A DNA stretch of 6,223 nucleotides, from the IMG/VR virus record IMGVR_UViG_2529292908_000013, positions 1-6,223 of that record, one strand, 5' to 3'. Under the pieces are notes generated by a model. The model made no database searches and was not told the origin of the DNA. It saw only the letters and a program-made list of their open reading frames with translations. Position numbers and translations under genes: made by a program. Shown here piece after piece: positions 1 through 6,046 of this stretch. Numbering within the stretch: position 1 is the stretch's first letter; the number at the start of each line of letters is the position of its first letter. The stretch is from a virus. Lineage: Duplodnaviria > Heunggongvirae > Uroviricota > Caudoviricetes.

Positions 1-1101
1 TCAGGCTATATTTCTTGTTATGTTATGCAGCTCAGCTGTAAAAATCAGCTCTCCCTTAGCGAAGGGAGTGCTCCCTCCTGGTTGAGTCATAAAACTTTGT
101 GAGACAGTCGTCCAGCTGTTTGTGTCGCTTTGTACGCCATTCTCTGTAATCGTTGCGCCTTCATGGCTGCCATTTTTCACTTTCCAGGCCAGGCGGTTAT
201 TGGGGGCATCAGCACCGCGGTAAGTGACCGAGGCCATAACGGCCACAACATCACTGTTGCTGTTATCCACCGCACCAAACGTGGCCTGTGCTGCATTCAG
301 GGACGGCGAGAGCATCAGATATCCGGCCTCGCTGTCAGAGGTGTTCAGCCCCGTGACAATATCTTTATTCAGTGAGTTTTTGGCGCTTCCACCGGTAAAT
401 GCCGTTACCGGGCTGTATCTGACCTCAATGCTTCCGAGCAGGGCGGGTTCTGCACTATTATTTCTACCGTATGTCACTGTTCCACAGTACATATCACCCA
501 GCATTAACGTACCGGATGCACCCGATGAAAAAATATTGTCACCACTACCAATACTCACCTGAATTTTGTCAGTCCGGTCATCTGGTACATAAAACGATGT
601 ATTTCCAACTAATGAGCGGTTGCAGTACAGACTGGCTGAGACATAGCCGTTTTCGTTTCGCGTTGCGAAAATTTCATAGTAATAACTGGCTGCTTCATCA
701 GGATACGGGGTTGTAAATGAATAGCCATTAATCCTGATGTGGGATGGCGAAGATGAATATTTCTTTCCCGCACTTAATGTCAGACGAAATCCCAGCTGTA
801 CAGCTGAGGCTTTTAAGTCCGGAAGTGTGCTGTACAGTGTGACATATGAGGATGTCGTGAAAATCAGCCCCGTTCTTTCTACAGTATTTACGGCCTGAGT
901 GCCACGACAGACGGATGTTACAGAACCGGACATATCATTGATAAGCGTGACACCGTTTTCGTTCAGTGCTGAAATAATATTTGTTGAATAATAGTTCTCG
1001 CACAATCCCTCATTCGCCGGAATTTGTCGAAAACTTTCGAGTTTTATAATATTCAAGGTCTGCTTTCCTTTTGTGTCGGTTAATATATTTCTGAATACCA
1101 C
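1..1101 (-). CDS. Hypothetical protein (366 aa by the ORF track), function unknown; candidate accessory (moron) gene or second receptor-binding protein downstream of the tail-fibre assembly gene
   Basis: Uninterrupted 1101-nt ORF, co-directional with the tail operon, with TGA stop at 3..1. The start is uncertain: the ORF opens with GTG at 1101..1099, 11 nt after the tfa stop, with no obvious Shine-Dalgarno. An in-frame TTG at 1056..1054 is preceded by AAGGAAAG and is an alternative start; the first in-frame ATG is codon 57. The protein is Ser/Thr/Gly/Asn/Tyr-rich, with no N-terminal hydrophobic signal, no transmembrane-like stretch, no Walker A motif and 4 Cys. I do not recognise it as any named family. 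G+C hand-counted at 37-45% in three 120-nt samples, versus about 59-62% in the baseplate genes. Confidence 0.65.
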   Translation of the reverse strand: MVFRNILTDTKGKQTLNIIKLESFRQIPANEGLCENYYSTNIISALNENGVTLINDMSGSVTSVCRGTQAVNTVERTGLIFTTSSYVTLYSTLPDLKASAVQLGFRLTLSAGKKYSSSPSHIRINGYSFTTPYPDEAASYYYEIFATRNENGYVSASLYCNRSLVGNTSFYVPDDRTDKIQVSIGSGDNIFSSGASGTLMLGDMYCGTVTYGRNNSAEPALLGSIEVRYSPVTAFTGGSAKNSLNKDIVTGLNTSDSEAGYLMLSPSLNAAQATFGAVDNSNSDVVAVMASVTYRGADAPNNRLAWKVKNGSHEGATITENGVQSDTNSWTTVSQSFMTQPGGSTPFAKGELIFTAELHNITRNIA

Positions 1102-1112
1102 AAAAAGTTAGC

Positions 1113-1631
1113 TCATGGTTTTTGTGGCCATTGAATAAAATCAAAAGACTCCTTATCACTCACATGACTTAAATTCAGAGCCTTCACCTCTTTGATATAC
1201 GCCATCCACTGCATCAGGTGGGCCTTGTCGTCATCACTGATGGTGCCCAGCTCCAGCTCGGTTTTCCAGTCAGATGTGATGTCCTTTGCTTCAGTCAGCA
1301 GATGCTGGCGTTGTTTTTCTGCCAGTTGCGAATAATCAACAGGAACCGGCAGCACTTCGCCGTCTTTGTAATACCAACTGGCTTCAATGCCAAAACCTTC
1401 CGGCAGTTCATCAACTTCCACAATGGTGAAACCTGTCGGATAAAGACGGGACACGTCTTCCGCCATTGAATAAATCACGCCACTTTCAGGGTGAATGCAC
1501 AATTTGTATCTCTTCGTGAATTTGTCCATGGATTCATAAAAATCCTGTCCGTCTTCACTGCGGAAATACTGAATGCCTTCACCATAAGGCATCTCTTTCG
1601 GGTAATAACGCGTGACGTTTCTGAGTTCCAT
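1113..1631 (-). CDS. Phage tail fibre assembly protein (Tfa / Mu U / P2 G-like chaperone), about 172 aa
   Basis: ORF-track ORF 1113..1667; I place the start at ATG 1631..1629 (MELRNVTRYYPKE...) because a canonical AAGGAG (revcomp of 1638..1643) lies 6 nt upstream. The upstream ATG at 1667 would overlap the fibre gene by 22 nt and has no RBS. The C-terminus (...DDDKAHLMQWMAYIKEVKALNLSHVSDKESFDFIQWPQKP) has the acidic/Trp-Pro pattern I recall from lambda Tfa-type chaperones. Position immediately 3' of the fibre gene fits. Confidence 0.8.
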   Translation of the reverse strand: MELRNVTRYYPKEMPYGEGIQYFRSEDGQDFYESMDKFTKRYKLCIHPESGVIYSMAEDVSRLYPTGFTIVEVDELPEGFGIEASWYYKDGEVLPVPVDYSQLAEKQRQHLLTEAKDITSDWKTELELGTISDDDKAHLMQWMAYIKEVKALNLSHVSDKESFDFIQWPQKP

Positions 1632-1645
1632 TATTTTCTCCTTAA

Positions 1646-2449
1646 TTAGCCGGATACCGTGCGCCATCCGCCATTGATATAAATCTGAGTTTGTTTGTAA
1701 TACACGCCGCCGATGTTATCCGCAGAGCTCTTGCCAGTTTCCTGAACGTTAATACCTGACAAAATACAACCTGAAGGCGCGCGAAATACCCAGGAAATTT
1801 CGTTACCACCGGGATTGTGAAACACTTCGCTGGTATACCTGAAATCACGTACTGCACCAGAATCGGTGCTGCTGATAGTGATATCGCTACTGCCATCAAA
1901 CAGCACATTGTTAATCCTGCGGGCCGTCTGAAGCCGGGTTGCCGTTCCGGCGTTGCCGCTGATGTTGTTGATGGTGATATCCGAAGTCAGGGGCATGTTG
2001 TTGACCTTACGCGCTTTTGGCACACCGCTGATGTTATCCAGAAACAATTGTTTATTCGGGATGTCTGCGCCGTTACGGTCTTTTGCCAGTCTGGCGTTTG
2101 CGTTATCCATCGCAATCCTGACCGCTTTTGGTGTAGCCGCTTCTGTTTCTGATTCACTGTTAACAGCACTGTTAAGCCGCACTACGCCTTTTTGCGTCAG
2201 CGATGCATCCGGGACTTTCTGGCCAATAAACGAGGTCAGCGCCTCAACCAGCTGGTTTTGTTTTTCCGGGTCAGGGGTGACGCCAGCCTCTTTAAGGACG
2301 TTAATCACCTCCTGCTGCAAATCACGCGTTGCTGCCTGATGATTATTCATAAATTCAGCAGTAACGATGGTTCCCTCAATTCCCTGAGTCGGGTCACCAT
2401 CATGAAATAACTTATCCGGCGTATTCACCGGGGGCATTAAACTCTGCAT
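1646..2449 (-). CDS. Phage tail fibre protein (267 aa) with a P2 gpH-like conserved collar motif and C-terminus
   Basis: ATG at 2449..2447 preceded by AGGAG (revcomp of 2455..2459) with a 5-nt spacer; TAA stop at 1648..1646. Contains ...DASLTQKGVVRLNSAVNSESETEAATPKAVRIAMDNANARL..., matching the widespread tail-fibre motif I recall from P2 gpH (..SETLAATPKAV..). The C-terminus ...IYINGGWRTVSG resembles the P2 gpH end (..KYINGTWYNVAQV). The 3' half is lower in G+C (about 44% at 1681-1800). Confidence 0.85.
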   Translation of the reverse strand: MQSLMPPVNTPDKLFHDGDPTQGIEGTIVTAEFMNNHQAATRDLQQEVINVLKEAGVTPDPEKQNQLVEALTSFIGQKVPDASLTQKGVVRLNSAVNSESETEAATPKAVRIAMDNANARLAKDRNGADIPNKQLFLDNISGVPKARKVNNMPLTSDITINNISGNAGTATRLQTARRINNVLFDGSSDITISSTDSGAVRDFRYTSEVFHNPGGNEISWVFRAPSGCILSGINVQETGKSSADNIGGVYYKQTQIYINGGWRTVSG

Positions 2450-2495
2450 TATTTCTCCTGTAGTTATTACAAATAAACAACATCAGACCTTTTGT

Positions 2496-3452
2496 TTAAG
2501 GCTCTGTGATAACGGCAAAGTGCAGCCCATTATGGTTAACTACTAATGGGGTACTGCTGTTATTTGCTGTTTGTAAATGTATTTTGTTAATTGTCATCGG
2601 CTCCGTGGTCTGCCTTCCCGACTGCCACTGAACGGTATTAACTGTCAGTGGTTCAATAGTTCGCCGCTCCGACAATAGTTGCATTCTGTTAATCAGCAAT
2701 GGTTCCTGACTCAGGTTTCCCGCCTGAAGCTGCGTATTGTTGATTGTGAGCGGTTTACCTTTCAGTACAGGAATAACTGCAAAATGCATTCCGGCATTAT
2801 TTATCAGCAGAGGCGCATCAGCATGACATACTGACTGAAACTGAATTCTGTTAATTGTCAGTGGTGATACTGGCTCTGGCTGAGATGTGATTTCATAAGT
2901 GAAATAACAGTCTGTAAAAGCTGGTTTAAGGTCTTTAAACGTGTTTTCTAAAATGGATTCACCAAAGGCCGTCAGCGGTTCGCCGGTTGCCGATGCGCCC
3001 GTTCTGAACCGGTAGACAGGTGTTTTTGTCCCGATAACATTGACCTGCCACGCCCAGCGGATTTCTGGTATCAGCAGGCGGTCGCCGCAGCGGTTTATCC
3101 CCACCCGGAATGGTCGCGGCTCCGTAATGGTGATGGTGTAGCCCAGACTGGCGGCAAGGCTTTTGAAGTAAGGGATTGACAGCCCCCCCGTGGCAGCCAT
3201 TTTTACCAGAATGTTCTGACGCCGCTCCTGTTGTGTTGCCCCTTCACGAGGAATAACACCGTACACGCGCTCCCAGTCGGACAGCGTCATCGATGCCTGC
3301 AACGGGGTGATTTGTGTCAGAACGCGCGCCGCTGACGCCTTCACGACTTCCATGACGTCAGCCTCGGCTGTCAGTTCTGCGGAAATATATTTCCCGTTCA
3401 GGTCATAACTGACAGGTGGCAGCATGGCGCGAAATAAATCGACCATATTCAT
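2496..3452 (-). CDS. Baseplate/tail protein of the Mu gp48 / DUF2313 (YmfQ-like) type with an atypical C-terminal extension of seven tandem 17-aa repeats; about 318 aa
   Basis: ORF-track ORF 2496..3488. I place the start at ATG 3452..3450 (MNMVDLFRAMLPP...), 4 nt after the J-like gene's TGA and preceded by GAGGGG; the upstream part of the ORF lies inside the preceding gene. The N-terminal roughly 190 aa resemble gp48/YmfQ-type proteins as I recall them, and the position between the J-like gene and the fibre gene matches Mu/SfV/e14 order. The C-terminal roughly 125 aa are repeats of the form PL(T/L)INxxQ... (see repeat feature). Confidence 0.75.
   Translation of the reverse strand: MNMVDLFRAMLPPVSYDLNGKYISAELTAEADVMEVVKASAARVLTQITPLQASMTLSDWERVYGVIPREGATQQERRQNILVKMAATGGLSIPYFKSLAASLGYTITITEPRPFRVGINRCGDRLLIPEIRWAWQVNVIGTKTPVYRFRTGASATGEPLTAFGESILENTFKDLKPAFTDCYFTYEITSQPEPVSPLTINRIQFQSVCHADAPLLINNAGMHFAVIPVLKGKPLTINNTQLQAGNLSQEPLLINRMQLLSERRTIEPLTVNTVQWQSGRQTTEPMTINKIHLQTANNSSTPLVVNHNGLHFAVITEP
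2499..2879 (-). repeat. In-frame degenerate tandem coding repeats (7 units, 51-nt period, one 60-nt unit) at the 3' end of the gp48-like gene
   Basis: Protein-level repeats start at ORF residues 209, 226, 246, 263, 280, 297 and 314: PLTINRIQFQS.., PLLINNAGMHFAVIPV.., PLTINNTQLQAG.., PLLINRMQLLSE.., PLTVNTVQWQSG.., PMTINKIHLQTA.., PLVVNHNGLHFAVITEP. The corresponding plus-strand cores are a gTTaAttGtcAgtGG-like string recurring at roughly 51-nt spacing between about 2528 and 2850. Confidence 0.75.
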
Positions 3453-3456
3453 AAAA

Positions 3457-4536
3457 TCACCCCTCGCGCGGAAAAGGCTGAATATCAATATTTCCCGGGC
3501 GCAACCATTCCCACGTTGACGCGTTAATAATGGCTTTTACGTTGTCCGCTGGCGTAATGATTCGCCGGTCACTGACACCGGAAATTAATGAAATCTGGGT
3601 TTCCAGTTGTGAAATTATTAATTCCTGCCCCGGCTCCAGCCGGTTCATAAAATCCGTGATAACGTCAGTTATTTGCGGTTTTATCTGCTCAACGGTCAGG
3701 CCGCTGGTTTTTACCCGGACAACGAAATCAACGGCTTTTTTCGTCGGGGCCAGTACCATCGTGTCCTTCGCTGTGACCGGGCGGACTTCCTCAATATGTG
3801 CCAGCACGGCATTAATCAGTTCCTGCGAGGGAAGGTCATTGGCTGACGTAATGGCCACATCAACCGTTCCCAGCCCACGACGCAATGACTCCACATATGC
3901 CGAGGTAACGCCATCCACTTCCAGCGCCCAGCGTTTGTAATCATATTTGTTACCGCCAGCGGGCGGCCTGCGCAGAATATCCAGATAACGCGCCAGCAGG
4001 TCGGCGTCACTTTCCCTGTCCGTTCCGCCGGTCAGGGATTTAATCGTCACCGTGCTGTTGATGCCTTCCGGCGGACTGACCAGCGTTGCCGTCTGCGTTG
4101 TGGATGCGTTCGTATGTGCGCCCGTGGTGGTGCTTTTTGCCGTCACCTCCGCGCTGCCTTCATCACCGATGGTGCAGTCTGCGGTGGTGGCCACGCTGAC
4201 ACCTTCACCACGAATTTCCGCACCGGCTGGCAGCATCTTACCGGGTGTACCGGTAATCACTGCCGGGCCGGATGAGGCCGTTGCTTTTTTACGAAAAACA
4301 TTGCGCGCGCGGCAGTGCAGCTCCAGATATTCAGGGTCTGCCGTGTCAGGAAACACCTGACGGAGTATCCACCCCTGATGCATATAAAGCCCGTCAGCCA
4401 CGCCAGATACGGCATTTGCACGAATGCGGTAATCGCTGTCAGCGCCGGTGTCGATGGTTTCTCCCGGCAGGGCGTTAGCGATATCACGTAGCTGGCGTTC
4501 TGTGTTTTCAGCAACGCCCGGAACTGGAAACGGCAT
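3457..4536 (-). CDS. Baseplate J-like protein (Mu gp47 / P2 gpJ family), 359 aa
   Basis: ATG at 4536..4534 overlaps the upstream gene's TAA by 1 nt (TAATG), with GAGGA about 9 nt upstream. Length and the C-terminal half (...YDYKRWALEVDGVTSAYVESLRRGLGTVDVAITSAN...) fit baseplate J-type wedge proteins as I recall them. Gene order fits. Confidence 0.85.
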   Translation of the reverse strand: MPFPVPGVAENTERQLRDIANALPGETIDTGADSDYRIRANAVSGVADGLYMHQGWILRQVFPDTADPEYLELHCRARNVFRKKATASSGPAVITGTPGKMLPAGAEIRGEGVSVATTADCTIGDEGSAEVTAKSTTTGAHTNASTTQTATLVSPPEGINSTVTIKSLTGGTDRESDADLLARYLDILRRPPAGGNKYDYKRWALEVDGVTSAYVESLRRGLGTVDVAITSANDLPSQELINAVLAHIEEVRPVTAKDTMVLAPTKKAVDFVVRVKTSGLTVEQIKPQITDVITDFMNRLEPGQELIISQLETQISLISGVSDRRIITPADNVKAIINASTWEWLRPGNIDIQPFPREG

Positions 4537-4886
4537 TACATAATCCTCACAGGGTGTTCAAACGTCTGCGGTGTGCCCGCGTTATCCGTGACGGTGATTA
4601 ACAGCAACAACCAGCCGCGCTGGCCCGCTTTCGTGTCAACGGTAATGGATTTTGCCCGCCCGTCATCAAGCAGGGGCTGAAGCGCCTGACTGGCATACTG
4701 CGCCGCCAGCCTGTGAACACGGGAAACGTCTTTTTCCCGCTTCAGTTCGTGCAGGCGTGACCCCAGCGACGCATCCGCCCAGTAACTGCCAAGCGGCGTC
4801 GCCAGTCGCAGATAAACCGCGTTATGAAGTGTATAAATCCGGCGGCGTTCGTAGTCGCCGGTTGCAGGTGAAATCGTCTGGTCCAT
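4536..4886 (-). CDS. Small baseplate protein, Mu gp46-like (P2 gpW / T4 gp25-type position), 116 aa
   Basis: ATG at 4886..4884 and TAA at 4538..4536, translationally coupled to the J-like gene. Size and position between the spike (V-like) and J-like genes are as in Mu-type baseplate modules. The sequence identification itself is weak; the call rests mainly on synteny. Confidence 0.7.
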   Translation of the reverse strand: MDQTISPATGDYERRRIYTLHNAVYLRLATPLGSYWADASLGSRLHELKREKDVSRVHRLAAQYASQALQPLLDDGRAKSITVDTKAGQRGWLLLLITVTDNAGTPQTFEHPVRIM

Positions 4887-4939
4887 GCCGCCAGTCTGGC
4901 AGCATGGACAGGTCAGAATCAGGTGAGGGTGTTCAGCAC

Positions 4940-5593
4940 TTAATTAACCGGCGTGTCAGACATGCCGTGTGGGGTCGGGTGTTTGTGCGTTCCGATTTTA
5001 ATGCCATTAATGGTGACGTCAACGGAGGTAATCACACCACCCACATGGTTGATGTTGCCTTCAAAGGTGGCGGCATATTTCTTGCCCCCACTGATGGCCA
5101 TGCCACCACTGCCGGTGATTTTACCTTCCACTGTCAGCTTATCGCTGGCCGTCAGTAACGGTGTCGTGAATGCGGCGTTCTCCTCTGCCTCAACCTCATA
5201 GCGTTTGCATTTCACCCGGTAAACGTCACATTCGGTTTCAACAATCCGCCCGCGCTTCAGTACGATTTTCGCGCCTTCATCGGTATACAGGGCCACCTCG
5301 CCGGGTTTCAGTTCCGTCAGGCGATATGCGCCGTGCTCTGTGGCCACGATGACGGTATGGGAGGTATTACCGTTCAGCGGAACGGCAATACCCATAGAGC
5401 CGGGCGGCGGGGATGTGGTGAGGCCGTAATGCTGAAAATACTCCGCACCGTCCAGCTGCTCGCCTGCCAGCCCGTTCAGCTGGAGAAGCTGTACTTTGGT
5501 CGAACTGTCCACCGTACCGGTCACCACCCTGAATGCCTGGCGAACGGTGGCCAGTGCCTGCTGTATGCGCTGATTAACCTTGTCCCACATCAT
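4940..5593 (-). CDS. Baseplate spike / assembly protein V-like (Mu gp45 / P2 gpV family), 216-217 aa
   Basis: Tandem ATG ATG at 5593..5588; GGGAGAA lies 2 nt before the first ATG and 5 nt before the second, so 5590 may be the true start. TAA stop at 4942..4940. N-terminal OB-like region followed by a Gly-rich C-terminus ending ...INGIKIGTHKHPTPHGMSDTPVN, which resembles the P2 gpV C-terminal apex (..HTHKHPGDSGGTTG..) as I recall it. Confidence 0.85.
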   Translation of the reverse strand: MMWDKVNQRIQQALATVRQAFRVVTGTVDSSTKVQLLQLNGLAGEQLDGAEYFQHYGLTTSPPPGSMGIAVPLNGNTSHTVIVATEHGAYRLTELKPGEVALYTDEGAKIVLKRGRIVETECDVYRVKCKRYEVEAEENAAFTTPLLTASDKLTVEGKITGSGGMAISGGKKYAATFEGNINHVGGVITSVDVTINGIKIGTHKHPTPHGMSDTPVN

Positions 5594-5991
5594 TTCTCCC
5601 AGACCTTAACAATGGCGACCTCTTTTTCTTTTTGCCCCTGCGGTGATGGCGTTTCTTCTCACGCGGGAAGGCGTCAGGTATCCACACGCCGTCCTCCTTA
5701 AAGCGAAGCCGGGTTGTCTGCCCGTTCCGGCCTCCGCTGAACTCACGCCCCATCAGGAAAAAGATGGCATCAATGCCGTGGAGTTCGCTGACAATCCGCA
5801 CACGCTGGCCGGGCTGCCACAGGACACCGTCCGCCGTGCGATGGCCTGCAACCAGTGCAACGATATCCAGCCCCGACAGACGGGCATCACTCATCATTTT
5901 TTTTGCGCGCCAGTTCACCTGCTCCATGTTACTGGTGTCGCCCTGGGTGATTATCTGCGGGCGGTAATAATCCACGGTGGGGTCGGTGGCC
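5574..5991 (-). pseudogene. 3' fragment of a baseplate hub gene (Mu gp44/P, P2 gpD-like 'late control D' family), interrupted at its 5' side by IS186
   Basis: The reading frame is open from the IS186 junction (5991) to a stop at 5576..5574 and overlaps the V-like gene start by 20 nt. The ORF track begins it at GTG 5975, but the frame stays open upstream into the IS inverted repeat until a TAG at 6002..6000. This is about 138 codons where hub proteins of this family are about 380 aa as I recall. The gene immediately upstream of the spike gene in Mu-type modules is the hub. Confidence 0.6.
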
Positions 5992-6014
5992 CATAAGCGC
6001 TAACTTAAGGGTTG
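5992..6014 (+). repeat. IS186 terminal inverted repeat (IRL), 23 bp
   Basis: CATAAGCGCTAACTTAAGGGTTG lies directly at the point where the phage hub-gene frame is broken. The exact outermost base (5991 versus 5992) cannot be fixed without the other end of the element. Confidence 0.8.
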
Positions 6015-6046
6015 TGGTATTACGCCTGATATGATTTAACGTGCCG

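Noticed and set aside
730-780. Possible P-loop (..LSAGKKYSS..) in the 366-aa protein
   Set aside because: It does not fit the Walker A pattern G-x4-GK-[ST], since there is no Gly five residues upstream. A Gly-Lys-Lys in a Ser/Gly-rich protein is expected by chance.
1632-1667. N-terminal extension of the tfa ORF (MAHGIRLIKEKI...) starting at the ATG at 1667
   Set aside because: That ATG overlaps the last 22 nt of the fibre gene and has no RBS, whereas the internal ATG at 1631 has a canonical AAGGAG at 6-nt spacing. The AAGGAG is what the extension 'codes' as Lys-Glu.
1-1667. Gin/Pin-type invertible tail-fibre segment (alternative fibre C-terminus plus second Tfa in inverted orientation)
   Set aside because: The ORF at 1..1101 is on the same strand as the fibre and tfa. 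There is no second tfa, no inverted-repeat crossover site that I could find, and no invertase in the window. The left flank is unseen, so this is rejected only for the visible sequence.
2499-2879. Periodic repeats that could be mistaken for a CRISPR array or an intergenic tandem-repeat locus
   Set aside because: The repeats are degenerate, have a 51-nt period with no repeat-spacer alternation, and lie in-frame inside a continuous ORF. They encode a repeating peptide rather than an RNA array.
3453-3488. N-terminal 12 codons of the 330-aa ORF for the gp48-like gene
   Set aside because: This stretch overlaps the 3' end of the J-like gene. The ATG at 3452 sits 4 nt after that gene's stop with GAGGGG upstream, which is the more plausible coupled start.
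3530-3940. Plus-strand ORFs of 60-168 aa antisense to the tail genes (for example 3530..3940, 4052..4360, 4652..5158, 4953..5201, 5333..5701, 5643..5996, 1817..2152, 1953..2339, 130..716)
   Set aside because: Each lies wholly inside a longer minus-strand gene with recognisable phage-structural content and operon-style coupling. Long antisense ORFs are expected by chance in 55-62% G+C coding DNA, and none has a convincing RBS or recognisable product.
4887-4947. Intergenic gap between the V-like and gp46-like genes, and the TTAATTAA palindrome at 4940..4947, as a possible regulatory site or terminator
   Set aside because: No stable GC-rich hairpin followed by a T-run and no sigma-70-like -35/-10 pair was found. 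The palindrome is just the overlap of the TAA stop with AT-rich flank. Read-through in the late operon is the simplest interpretation.
6041-6046. GTG start (MPMNYSH...) for the IS186 transposase as given by the ORF track
   Set aside because: The known InsL N-terminus begins MNYSHDNW, that is, at the ATG at 6047. The upstream GTG is just an in-frame alternative picked up by the longest-ORF rule.
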